DNA from: Candidatus Heimdallarchaeota archaeon
GTDB taxonomy: Archaea > Asgardarchaeota > Heimdallarchaeia > Hodarchaeales > Hodarchaeaceae
Reading direction: 5' to 3'
DNA: 64,000 nt
NCBI GenBank assembly: GCA_020353515.1
Contig: CP070695.1
Coordinates: forward strand, 2,130,571 to 2,194,570
Position 1 is the stretch's first letter, and each line of letters starts with the position of its first letter. The position numbers and the translations under genes were made by a program. The notes under the pieces are model-generated. The model searched no databases. It saw only the letters and a program-made list of their open reading frames with translations, and was not told where the DNA came from. Positions 10,601 through 19,412 of the stretch are shown here, piece by piece.

Positions 10601-11442
10601 TATTACCACCATTTATTATCAATGCCCCAAACAAGGCAAAAGATCTCCTGAAGATATTCATCAATCTCCTCCTGACAATGGAGCCAAAGGATATGGCTCA
10701 AGAGATACTTTATGAGACCTTAGATTACTTAATTATGTTAACAATTAGATCACACACTAATAAACGTAAGGAACTGTTCGAAGAACAAGTTAACCTCTTT
10801 TTCAACGCCTTAACGGAAGTAGCAGAAGCAGAACACGTACTAGCTCAGTTTATTATCCGCTTTGGTCAGGAAATGACTAAATTAAAAGAGTATTCTTACT
10901 TATTCAATATCCTAAAACAAAATATTTCTTATCTACTCGTAGTTAATCCTGTGATAAGAATGAAAATAATCAATGAAATAAACGCTTTACTTGAATATCA
11001 TGATCTTACAGCACATACTATCATAGAAGGACTCGATTTCCTTAATAATTTGACCCAAAATATTGATAATCAAAATAGAGAAACCCTTTCACGAATATTC
11101 TTTGTGATTGGTATGAAACGTAAATCTCAGAAAGAAATCTACGAACATGCTATGCACCTTGCTCTAGAACAAGCCAAAATAACCGCAAATATTCCTGCCA
11201 CGTTAGATCTCTTGTATGGATTAATTGAAGAAGATCTAAAAACAGGTAATTTTTTGAATGCATCGAGAAGATTAGATGAAGCTATCGAATATTTGGATCA
11301 TGCCCCGCAAACAGGTATGGGTAAAAAATTTGCTATTTTACTTGAAGATTATATAACTAAATTGAAAAAGCAAAAAAAAGAGAAGTTCACAGATCTTCTT
11401 ACGGCTAAACATGAAATGATTCAACAAAAATTTATAAATTAA
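7621..11442 (+). CDS. Large all-helical TPR/alpha-solenoid protein (1273 aa)
   Basis: Recurrent TPR-like helix pairs (LAEYYLDKKDFPSSLQYFEKA; IGRIHIENGKLENGFNFLDEA; FGSALLKAGKIDEGMETLAKA). No TM segment or catalytic motif seen. Confidence 0.75.
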   Translation: MKESDLQNKVKELEKLEKKKKWDSVIKLAIELAEYYLDKKDFPSSLQYFEKAISAQEKGKEAEKVIVLYRKIIGAARKGRTKTRKELFRYAAAATPLIEEYIQVLKESNRYISKHGAMTRYFLGECREIVSGITQRNDEFVQAGQIFLEVGQKFSSTKKTEEKSDEAFERARAIFNLINNKEETFEAFLLEAEINIQKYRFERGFLLFDDARGLFDDDEHQEMVVNREKVVYAEMGLKLVTNYFSDSERHKIAMMLISKAREAHLLAKSLDQVPEMLFEIGRIHIENGKLENGFNFLDEARTNSQLVNDETTPKKIIDYLFHEGKKQVDNLSRPLKIKKLENLSNLPFTPYFDKMEEICKELNLGQEVEEVALYIWQLGLDLLEQRDISDDFPFIEKAITYLLNNNRINGIHIIGDELEKRLEQLAAKRQLDKFQNLKTFLVDCYTRIDDNQSAGFLTVKVGQTYASWGNYEKQVASLREASSLFQNSDHGSIKKFSEVLEEQFTRLEAYVPDSIFDEVLFLLGNTYLQVGDDDKYDSLFASTAHNALEKNEFTKAMQFHQQDFDFLVRTKNYSRALARVEEFSTALYSRGKYQLANNLRVKQIKLMIDTNASQEQVLQTIKNLEDQIEEGLTQKIDITSVNDLFSSILNLYDYLGVKEALGDALFEMAVRLFEFEYFDPGFEYLNRAYEKVKEENAIEKYGLLLDFAFEKKNFYQDLVDLDTSDRFLDFLILVLRELNQIKEAAELIMTRAVRFVLTDENKAWEQFEQAKELISQTESPNEVLYFYQDFGSALLKAGKIDEGMETLAKAEGSTSTNSLAIADTCLTVAKDRFTVQDYDTYFILVDRALSIYTDLEMFQESSSIALAEARKLWSVDNLPYTMIYLERAWAPLAMTYDEKLEQSIQPVLQTSEEFVNALFGQKKYDEAKNFLEFQERIYKQLNLTDKILEVERKKIDALIGRGNIDGALSQALDMATIGIEELKFKETAALLKDLLPPFIINAPNKAKDLLKIFINLLLTMEPKDMAQEILYETLDYLIMLTIRSHTNKRKELFEEQVNLFFNALTEVAEAEHVLAQFIIRFGQEMTKLKEYSYLFNILKQNISYLLVVNPVIRMKIINEINALLEYHDLTAHTIIEGLDFLNNLTQNIDNQNRETLSRIFFVIGMKRKSQKEIYEHAMHLALEQAKITANIPATLDLLYGLIEEDLKTGNFLNASRRLDEAIEYLDHAPQTGMGKKFAILLEDYITKLKKQKKEKFTDLLTAKHEMIQQKFIN

Positions 11443-11535
11443 CAAAATCATGATATTCAAAAAATACTTGAATAGTAACTAATAAAAAATAGAAGCAATT
11501 AAGTTTAATTAGCAGTACTCTGAAGGTCTATTCTA

Positions 11536-11973
11536 ATGACTAGTCCAACTGATTATACGGCGTGGTTTTGCCAAGAAATGAAAAAACTGCTTGATCTGAT
11601 TGCAGATCGCTCCCATCAGACTAATCCTACTAGTGTAGATAGTCAAATTGCAGAAATCCAACGCGGGATAGATTATGGTATCAATAATCCTGGATCAATT
11701 GATGATTTACTCCTCAAACTTGGTCGTAACTTCGTTGATTCTTTTCAGGTATACTTACGTCAAATGAAAGCAAGAACTCCCACTGGTGTTCCTCCTGGAG
11801 GCCAAGCAACATTACTTGCAGGTGTAGGTGGCACTCCTCAAACTGAATCCGAGACTAGCCAACAATTCAGTGTAGATGAGTTAAAAGGAGCACTGAAATC
11901 ACGGAAAAAAGAAAAAGTAGTTAAAAAAATGAAAGGTTCTTTAGACCTTTTGAAGGAATATGAAGAAAGTTAG
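11536..11973 (+). CDS. Small hypothetical protein: helical N-domain, low-complexity linker, basic C-terminal helix
   Basis: Clean ATG ORF downstream of the solenoid gene on the same strand, with protein-like composition. Confidence 0.7.
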   Translation: MTSPTDYTAWFCQEMKKLLDLIADRSHQTNPTSVDSQIAEIQRGIDYGINNPGSIDDLLLKLGRNFVDSFQVYLRQMKARTPTGVPPGGQATLLAGVGGTPQTESETSQQFSVDELKGALKSRKKEKVVKKMKGSLDLLKEYEES

Positions 11974-11995
11974 TTGACGAATTAATTCCCTGTTA

Positions 11996-12556
11996 TCAAT
12001 TCTTTAAGATATGATTCAAGAGTACATTATCAATTGCGTCTTCTAATTCTTTTAGTGTTCCATTATTCGTGATAGTGTAGTCAACAGGTAGCTGAATGAC
12101 TTGAATTTCAGTAAGATGGTTTGACCATCTTTTCCAATCTTGATCAGATATCTTTTCTTGCATACGGGTTTCAAGTCTCATCTTACGAGTTTCAGAAGAT
12201 GATTCTATCTTTATAAATTTAAATCCAAGAGGTTTAAGGTATTCCACTTCATTTATCCTTCGAATATCATCAACAACTATTGAATCAGTGGATGTCTGGA
12301 TTTTTTTAGCTAAATATCTAATCCAAACATCGTCATCAAATTCTCGAAAGAATTTTCCAACCCCTTGAAGTAAATCTCGAGTAATTTCAAGTTCTAACTC
12401 TTGTGAAATCTCTCTCATCTTACCAGATATTCTCATACGAATGAAACCATATTTTTCAACAATATAGGCTGCTGCTGCGGATTTTCCGCTCCCCATGTGA
12501 CCTGTTATTCCAATTAAATGTCGCATAATAATTCTACCGAGAGAATAATTACTCAA
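11996..12556 (-). CDS. P-loop nucleotide kinase (dephospho-CoA kinase / dNMP kinase-like)
   Basis: IGITGHMGSGKS Walker A, IVVDDIRR, DYTITNNGTLKEL. Confidence 0.8.
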   Translation of the reverse strand: MSNYSLGRIIMRHLIGITGHMGSGKSAAAAYIVEKYGFIRMRISGKMREISQELELEITRDLLQGVGKFFREFDDDVWIRYLAKKIQTSTDSIVVDDIRRINEVEYLKPLGFKFIKIESSSETRKMRLETRMQEKISDQDWKRWSNHLTEIQVIQLPVDYTITNNGTLKELEDAIDNVLLNHILKN

Positions 12557-14421
12557 GACGTACTTTCATTCTGAGAAATTTCTTCAGTGGGTTCTGTCTC
12601 TACCTCAATCTCTTGAGGAGTGTCTTCAATTGGAGTCGAAGGTTTAACTTCTGGTTGTGTTATCTTCTCTTCAGGTTCATATGTAACTCTAGGAGCTTTA
12701 CGCGATAAAATAACCTTTCGTACAACCCAAATAATTCCGAAAACGAACCCTGCGTAAAATGCAAGAGATTCTACATATTCAAAAACTCCTACAATATCTG
12801 ATAGAATACCTGCAAGGTTCCAACTCAAGAGAGGTGCATCAGAATAAAGTACCATTTCAGATGCTTCACGTAATTCATAGATATCACCCAGAATATTAGT
12901 AATAATCAGTACAAAAGCCGTTGAGACCAGTAGAAAAAAGAATGATAGACGTTCTTTTACACGAGGCGTTACTAGTGTCACAGAGAGAAATTTAAATGCA
13001 GCAGTAATAATAAAAAAGAGTGGCAATAGAAGGAATGGGATAAATTTAAAGGTTGGCCACGATACTTCCAACCATTGCGATAAAGGTATAATAACACTAT
13101 CATAAATCAGGTAAACTACTGAAGGAATCTGAAGTAAATCAGGAAAGGGTGACGGTAATTGTATTTGAAGCTGCTCAAGTAACATTACCAAGATACTACG
13201 AAAACTATTCCACGCCAATCCCAGCCAGGCTGAAAACATAATTAGATATTTCATGATAACAGCTATCTTGGGGGGTGAACGAGCTATTACTTGTCCTGTT
13301 CTTGCAACTTCCGCCCCTCTGGAAAGAGCAGAAAATATGGCAACAACGGCAAATCCTTCAGCAAATCCAACAATGAAAGTAGCAATTATTGTTATAATTA
13401 CAAAGTCTAGTTGTATAATTCTAAGAATATTAACAGCATTTCCAACAAATGTAGCCCATACATCTACATCCGTATTAAAAAGATCCCAAATTGTCCAAGC
13501 AATGACAGGAAGAAGGTACAGAACAATGATCAAAGGGATAATCAACAAAGCATTTACGCTTGTAATAAATGCAGTAATTTTAAACCCTCTCCAAATTATC
13601 AAGAATATCACTTTTACAAGTTGATAGATCCACCAAATGGCCATTCCAAGTAAGATAAGCCCAATGATTGGTGCAACACCTGTTGTTAACAAACTAGAAA
13701 GAAATAATCCGATAATTGGAATACATAACCAAGCTAGAAACTTATAAAGTCGTTTATTTTCCTCTTCTTCGTCTACATCTTCCTCTTTTTGAAAACGGGA
13801 TGATACTCTTTTACGAGCAAGGGTTGTTAAAATAGATAAGAACACAATCACTGAAACTGCGATTATTACTAAAAAGAAAAATACAAAATAGACATTTCGG
13901 GCAGTTTGATAAAATTCCTTCCCCGTTCCAATCTTTTCTGTAAGATTAGGAATATCTCTATTCAATGCTATCAGCACCCATTCCATGATAAGCACAGGGA
14001 GTAATTGAAGATAGGTTGGTTTAATTTTTAAGAGGGGATTTTCCTGATAGAGGAACACATCTAGAAGGAGATATGTGCAGGAACAAAACGATAACGCTAA
14101 TGCCGCAAAAAGGAAGAAACGTGCATTATAACCAATTCGATTGGTTTCCTCGTCACGTAATCCGAATTCTGAAGCCATATCAAATAATACTATTTTGGAA
14201 AAACCAATTAACACCAAAATAAAACATAAACTCGAAAGTAAGACGGCAAGTACGTATGATGGATCATTTATTGTTGCAGTTGATAAGTCGATCTCTTGAG
14301 AAACAAACATTACACCGATAATTAATATTGCAATGATTAAGATGCCTATGATTTTGTAAAGTTGGCTTCTGAGGTATTCTTTCCATGGAATACGAGTCAA
14401 TTCGGTTACAATTGAAGACAT
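12553..14421 (-). CDS. Polytopic membrane protein of unknown function (about 12 TM, acidic C-tail)
   Basis: Many hydrophobic segments; overlaps the kinase start by 4 nt. Confidence 0.75.
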   Translation of the reverse strand: MSSIVTELTRIPWKEYLRSQLYKIIGILIIAILIIGVMFVSQEIDLSTATINDPSYVLAVLLSSLCFILVLIGFSKIVLFDMASEFGLRDEETNRIGYNARFFLFAALALSFCSCTYLLLDVFLYQENPLLKIKPTYLQLLPVLIMEWVLIALNRDIPNLTEKIGTGKEFYQTARNVYFVFFFLVIIAVSVIVFLSILTTLARKRVSSRFQKEEDVDEEEENKRLYKFLAWLCIPIIGLFLSSLLTTGVAPIIGLILLGMAIWWIYQLVKVIFLIIWRGFKITAFITSVNALLIIPLIIVLYLLPVIAWTIWDLFNTDVDVWATFVGNAVNILRIIQLDFVIITIIATFIVGFAEGFAVVAIFSALSRGAEVARTGQVIARSPPKIAVIMKYLIMFSAWLGLAWNSFRSILVMLLEQLQIQLPSPFPDLLQIPSVVYLIYDSVIIPLSQWLEVSWPTFKFIPFLLLPLFFIITAAFKFLSVTLVTPRVKERLSFFFLLVSTAFVLIITNILGDIYELREASEMVLYSDAPLLSWNLAGILSDIVGVFEYVESLAFYAGFVFGIIWVVRKVILSRKAPRVTYEPEEKITQPEVKPSTPIEDTPQEIEVETEPTEEISQNESTS

Positions 14422-14579
14422 TTGCTATTACACCTTAAATAATTTGTATTTTCTTTTTTAGAGTCTTTCTTTAAATTCTTAATGCAATTTATCCATTGAA
14501 GAAAGACTTCTTTGATTATTATTAAAATGAGTAGTTTTTAATACAATATCTTTTATTTTCATTTTGAATTAAATTTCCA

Positions 14580-15143
14580 GTGTGGAACCCAATGAACTAC
14601 GAAGAACAGAAAGCAAAATATCATTTGAAAATCATTGTCTGTGGTGCTGGGGCTGTGGGGAAAACATCAATTGTACGACGTTATGTTGAAGATAAGTTTG
14701 AATTTAATTACCTCCTTACAGTTGGTTTAGATCCATCTAACCGTAGAATTGAAGTGGATGGGATTCAAGTAAATCTAGTAATTTTTGATGTTGCTGGCCA
14801 AAAACGCTTTCAAACGTTACGGGATGTTTTTTTCAGAAAAGCCAATGGTGCCCTCTTAGTATTCGACCTCACACGACCTGAAACTCTTGATGAGCTCTAC
14901 GAATGGAAGATACAAATTGATAATCGTCTTGGAAAAGATCGGATTCCAGCGATATTAGTTGGTAATAAATCTGACCTTGAGGATATTCAGATTGATTATG
15001 GTCTGCTAGAAGACAAAGTTATTCCAGATTTTAAGCCTGTAATATATCTTGAGACTTCAGCATATCAGGATAAAAACATCCGAGACACATTTTTGATTTT
15101 GACAGAGGCAATCTTGAGGCGACAGGGTATCCTGACAGAATAG
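14580..15143 (+). CDS. Rab-like small GTPase (Ras superfamily)
   Basis: G1 GAGAVGKT, G2 TVGLD, G3 DVAGQ, RFQTL/FFRKA RabF-like segments, G4 NKSD, G5 ETSA. No C-terminal Cys. Confidence 0.92.
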   Translation: MWNPMNYEEQKAKYHLKIIVCGAGAVGKTSIVRRYVEDKFEFNYLLTVGLDPSNRRIEVDGIQVNLVIFDVAGQKRFQTLRDVFFRKANGALLVFDLTRPETLDELYEWKIQIDNRLGKDRIPAILVGNKSDLEDIQIDYGLLEDKVIPDFKPVIYLETSAYQDKNIRDTFLILTEAILRRQGILTE

Positions 15144-15478
15144 ATCAATATCTCCTCCTTCCCAATTTGGTTAGTTTTCACATACTTTTTGTGAAAACTC
15201 TGATAGTATTGATTTGTACAATAATCTTTTGAAAAACTTTGAACTTACTTACCTTTTTTACTAGAAATTTTAGTACTCTCATGTATTTTGCTCTTCTTAT
15301 TATTGTTGCTGAATTTTTATTTGTGATATTTTTGTTCAAAATATAACTAGAGTGTTAATAATCACCTAAAAACAGTAAAATCAAAATAAAAGTCTATCTA
15401 GACATTCTATTCTCAATAACATCCTGAAATAGATGAAATTCAAGAGTATTTGTTATTTAAATCCGACAAAAATGATAA

Positions 15479-15697
15479 TCAAATGAGTTGTGCAAAAAAA
15501 TTCCGGAAGATTGGTTTCTCGATTCTGATTGCATTTCCCTCGCAATTCAGCTCGCATGCTCGACATTTCAAACACAATATGGGATCTACGAGTTTTGCTT
15601 TATTTTTATCCTTATTAAATAGAAAACAACCCTTTGGACACACTTGTACGCAGAATTCACAACCTAAACACCTTTTAACGTTGAAATGTATCACCAA
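15479..15697 (-). CDS. 2x[4Fe-4S] ferredoxin in the HgcB-like position
   Basis: CLGCEFCVQVCP and CLKCRACELNC. GGAGGA ribosome-binding site lies within the end of the upstream gene. Confidence 0.85.
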   Translation of the reverse strand: MVIHFNVKRCLGCEFCVQVCPKGCFLFNKDKNKAKLVDPILCLKCRACELNCEGNAIRIEKPIFRNFFAQLI

Positions 15698-15703
15698 ATT
15701 TAA

Positions 15704-16669
15704 TTATCCTCCAGCTAAAAATGGTACAAATATTAATCCGAGAAAAATTATAATGGCTGCTCCAGCTAATAGTGTGTAATCCTTGACAATGAAATCTGTA
15801 CCCCAAAAAGGTGTGAAACCATCAAAATCAGTGCCTATTATAATACCATATAATAACAATGTGCCAAAACCAAGACTAAAGTCCAGTGGTGAGCTATTAA
15901 AGAATAAAAAGGTACATAGTGGGACCAGAAGAATTGATAGTAAAATTCCTTTTATGAATCCTGAATTGAATGGTATTTTCGGATAAAGAACACCGAATAA
16001 ACTGCCGAAAAACCATATATAGATTAATAAAAATATTATGTTTGCTTGTAACCACTCAGACCATGGTTGAAGAAGGAATCCAAGTGGTTGAGCTAATATC
16101 GCCACAGCTAATATTAAAGGTATCAAGATCAAAGAAATGAAAACATTATGAGAGATAGTGTTTTCGACTCGTTTAAGAGTGTTAAATTCTACTCTTGACA
16201 TCTTCTGTGTTTTTGTTTTGTCATTTTGTATATATTCCCTTAAATCACCTATCTCAATAGGGCCAAATTTTACTTCCCATTCAGCATTTTTTAATACTGA
16301 ATGGTCAACCCCTGGAGCAGATAATTGAGGTAGGATCAATTCCCGATGATTAATAGCCTCAGAGAGGTCACTTTCATCTATCTGGGCAAGAATTTTCTCC
16401 GCTGTAAAATGTCCCCCAGCTGCGGAACACCAGACATTTACACCCTCTGTATTGACAACTAATAACCAAGCATTCATTTCCTGTCTCTCTAATGAAGCTA
16501 CCACTTTTTTATAGGTAACAAAATAATTAGAGGTAATTAAAACAAGTGAATCTTCATCAGGCTGCCCAATAGGGTAGAGTCCAGGCTTTATACTTAAATT
16601 TAAACCTGGGAATGCAATTCCTGCAATTGCTATTGAAAAAACTTCTTTTACAACATCAAGAATACCCAT
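15704..16669 (-). CDS. HgcA-like corrinoid-binding membrane protein (CdhD/CFeSP-like domain + TM domain)
   Basis: PGLYPIGQPDEDSLVLITSNY, LLVVNTEGVNVWCSAAGGHF, LILPQLSAPG, VKFGP, followed by about 5 TM helices. Confidence 0.88.
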   Translation of the reverse strand: MGILDVVKEVFSIAIAGIAFPGLNLSIKPGLYPIGQPDEDSLVLITSNYFVTYKKVVASLERQEMNAWLLVVNTEGVNVWCSAAGGHFTAEKILAQIDESDLSEAINHRELILPQLSAPGVDHSVLKNAEWEVKFGPIEIGDLREYIQNDKTKTQKMSRVEFNTLKRVENTISHNVFISLILIPLILAVAILAQPLGFLLQPWSEWLQANIIFLLIYIWFFGSLFGVLYPKIPFNSGFIKGILLSILLVPLCTFLFFNSSPLDFSLGFGTLLLYGIIIGTDFDGFTPFWGTDFIVKDYTLLAGAAIIIFLGLIFVPFLAGG

Positions 16670-16748
16670 TTAGACCACTTAGAATATTAATTATGTTTAT
16701 TTGTTTTCTTCGAATTTATACCAAATTCAAACTTTAGCATTGTCATGT

Positions 16749-17417
16749 CTAGGTTTTATCTATTTTCTTCAAAATAAATAAGGTGATATGCCCTCCAAGG
16801 TATGATTTTTCTTCAAGAAGTGTCCCAGCAAGATCTGTAACTAATGCTTTCATATCATGAACAGGATGTCTTGGAATTTTTGCAATTAATGCCGCTATGA
16901 GAAAAGCAGGAGTCCTTAAAAGATTAAAGAGATAATGTTTTGCCCTACTTTTTGGTTTTGATTCAGTTACTAGTATGAGGAGACTATGGTTCTTCAAACA
17001 ACAATATAATTCACTAAGAGATTTCTTAACCTGCTGCTGATCCAGTTCCGAGAGAACTAAAGTACAGATAACAATATCAAACAATTCAACTCGTAAAGGT
17101 AGGTTTGTAATTGAACAACGAATTATTTTGGGGTGAAGTCTTCTCCCATCGAATCTTCTTTTTGTTTGGTAAAGCATACTTTCAGAAATGTCCACACCAA
17201 TAGGGGTAACCCATGAAGCGTCTGCTATTTCCATAAACCGGCCATTTCCGCATCCAGCATCAAGAAGAAGCTGATTTTCACGAAGATAATTCAGTTTAAT
17301 ATGCTTAAAGATTTTGATTCGTCGACCTAAAGTTAGAAAGTTTATTAACCACTCATATTTTCGTGGTGCTTTCTTCTCAGCTAATGTCATCAGAATTGTT
17401 GCCATTTCTAATTTCAA
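16749..17417 (-). CDS. Class I SAM-dependent methyltransferase associated with the corrinoid protein
   Basis: LLDAGCGNG motif I, GVDISESML, FDIVICTLVLSEL. First gene of the HgcA-like operon. Confidence 0.85.
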   Translation of the reverse strand: MKLEMATILMTLAEKKAPRKYEWLINFLTLGRRIKIFKHIKLNYLRENQLLLDAGCGNGRFMEIADASWVTPIGVDISESMLYQTKRRFDGRRLHPKIIRCSITNLPLRVELFDIVICTLVLSELDQQQVKKSLSELYCCLKNHSLLILVTESKPKSRAKHYLFNLLRTPAFLIAALIAKIPRHPVHDMKALVTDLAGTLLEEKSYLGGHITLFILKKIDKT

Positions 17418-17569
17418 GATAGCAATTTGTCTTTTCTATTCATCAAACTTTTGGCGAATGAATCGATCTTAAGAAAATACTAATATAGTGATTAGAATTC
17501 TACCGACTTGATTTTGACTAAAGAATCTTCGACTCCTATCTATTTGGACGAATAATGAATTGAAGTTAT

Positions 17570-18037
17570 TTGGAGGATCCATTTTTGAAATTTGAACCAA
17601 TTGGATTCATAAGGTCGTCTGTAACGGAAGCAATTGACCATTGTTGGGGGGAAGTTGAGTCTGACATTCATTTGAATGATTATTTAACAGGTGGATTAAA
17701 AAAACTTGGTCAATTTTCTCATGTTATCATAATTTTCTACATGCACAAAACTCCCACGTTTAACTTGAAAACTGATTTAATTCGACGACCTCAAGGTAGA
17801 TTAGACATGCCAAAGATTGGAATCTTTGCACAACGTGCAAAACACAGACCAAATCCTATTGGCATAACAGTTGTCCAAATTATTTCTGTTATGAAAAATA
17901 TTCTGAGGGTTAAAGGATTAGATGCGATAGATGGAACACCTGTTTTAGATATCAAACCATATTTTCCCGTATTTGACCGTATTAATACCGCAAAAACGCC
18001 AAAATGGGTAGATGAATTGATGTTGGATTATTTTTAG
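17570..18037 (+). CDS. TrmO/TsaA (YaeB-like) SAM-binding tRNA methyltransferase family protein
   Basis: PIGFIRS, GIFAQRAKHRPNPIGIT, GLDAIDGTPVLDIKPY signature. Confidence 0.9.
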   Translation: MEDPFLKFEPIGFIRSSVTEAIDHCWGEVESDIHLNDYLTGGLKKLGQFSHVIIIFYMHKTPTFNLKTDLIRRPQGRLDMPKIGIFAQRAKHRPNPIGITVVQIISVMKNILRVKGLDAIDGTPVLDIKPYFPVFDRINTAKTPKWVDELMLDYF

Positions 18038-19308
18038 ATAGAATAAGATTTCTCTTTAATTGTATTAGAGTTTTTTAAGAACAAGAAAGATATAAATCCA
18101 CATATTGAGAAAAAGATAGCAAAACAAAAAATCAACGTATATTGATTTGGATCAACTCCCCGTAGAAAACCATCGATAGATGGACCTAATGCACCGACGA
18201 AGTTCGCTACTAACATGACCCATCCAAAAGCTCTTCCTCTTTTGGCAGAATTTTTTGCAACCAGGCTATTTGTAGATGGCCAAAACAAAGCATTCATCAC
18301 TCCTAATAAGATATAAAGGAGAAGAAGGACTAAATTATCATTAAAAATAAAAATACCAATTAAAATAACAGCCTGAAAAACAGCAGTAAACGATAGAACA
18401 ACTTTCTCTCCATATTTGTCTCCAAAAATTCCTCCAATCACCTGCCCAGTAGATCCTATAAGAGCAGATAAACCAATATATAAAGCAGCGGTTGAAATTT
18501 CAAAATTTTTTACTTCTGATAGAAATGTTGCGAGAATGAAGTTGATCATCCCTCGTGTCAATGACATTGTGATAATGAAAATGAAAGTTAAGAGTAATAT
18601 GGAGTTTTGAAAGTTATTAGCAGCTATTTCATTGTTCCCTTTGATTGGTTCTTCTTGACGTGAGATGGGAGGAACCTCAACAGAATGAGGTTCATGCCTT
18701 CCTATGAGAATCCAAAACACAATAGCGAGAAGACTTAGAGGAATAACCCAAATTAAGTAGATATTACGCCATGTTAGTATATCAATCAAAAAAAATACCG
18801 ATATTGGTCCTATTGAAGATCCAACACTGCCTCCTATTCCGTGTACGGCTAATATTCTTACATAATGTGAGGAAAATGATTGAGTTTTAGGATCTTCAAA
18901 TACTGTTGAAATCCACGAGAGACCAGCAGGATGATAAAGAGCAAGACTAGATCCCAATAAAACTACTCCCAGTAGCATTACTAAATAAGATTCGCCAAAC
19001 AAACCGATTATAAGTGCGCCTAAGGCAGCAAAAATTAAACTAACTAACATTAACGTCCCTTTATGGTATTTATCAGCTAATCTCCCAAAGAGAGGTGAAG
19101 GTAGTCCTGCTGCTAGAGTACCTATCGTACCCAAGGATCCTAACCCAATCCAACTCAAATCCCCTAAATTTGGAAAAAGATTTTCCCCTACAAGAAGTAA
19201 TATCGCAGGGAAAATAAAGAAGGGGATTTCAACACTACCATGGATTAAAATAGCAGATATAAGACTAATATTCGGAGTGATGGTCTTTGTTGCCAAATTA
19301 TATGACAT
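18034..19308 (-). CDS. MFS transporter
   Basis: About 12 TM; motif A GRLADKYHK and GIFGDKYGEK. Confidence 0.9.
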   Translation of the reverse strand: MSYNLATKTITPNISLISAILIHGSVEIPFFIFPAILLLVGENLFPNLGDLSWIGLGSLGTIGTLAAGLPSPLFGRLADKYHKGTLMLVSLIFAALGALIIGLFGESYLVMLLGVVLLGSSLALYHPAGLSWISTVFEDPKTQSFSSHYVRILAVHGIGGSVGSSIGPISVFFLIDILTWRNIYLIWVIPLSLLAIVFWILIGRHEPHSVEVPPISRQEEPIKGNNEIAANNFQNSILLLTFIFIITMSLTRGMINFILATFLSEVKNFEISTAALYIGLSALIGSTGQVIGGIFGDKYGEKVVLSFTAVFQAVILIGIFIFNDNLVLLLLYILLGVMNALFWPSTNSLVAKNSAKRGRAFGWVMLVANFVGALGPSIDGFLRGVDPNQYTLIFCFAIFFSICGFISFLFLKNSNTIKEKSYSI

Positions 19309-19412
19309 TCCTTGAATAAATCGAAAAACAAGTCATATGTGGGGAAAAATTATTCCTTTTATTAATTTTCACAAAAATCTGTTTGAAATAGACATGAATA
19401 CTTTAAATAAGC

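Noticed and set aside
15704-15706. Sec/Pyl recoding of the stop between the corrinoid gene and the ferredoxin
   Set aside because: The stop is TAA, which neither system recodes, and a good RBS supports independent initiation.
15479-16669. Calling these genes bona fide hgcA/hgcB (mercury methylation)
   Set aside because: The cap helix is NVWCSAAGG rather than NVWCAAGK, and the ferredoxin lacks C(M/I)ECGAC and the C-terminal cysteines, so only 'HgcA-like' is supported.
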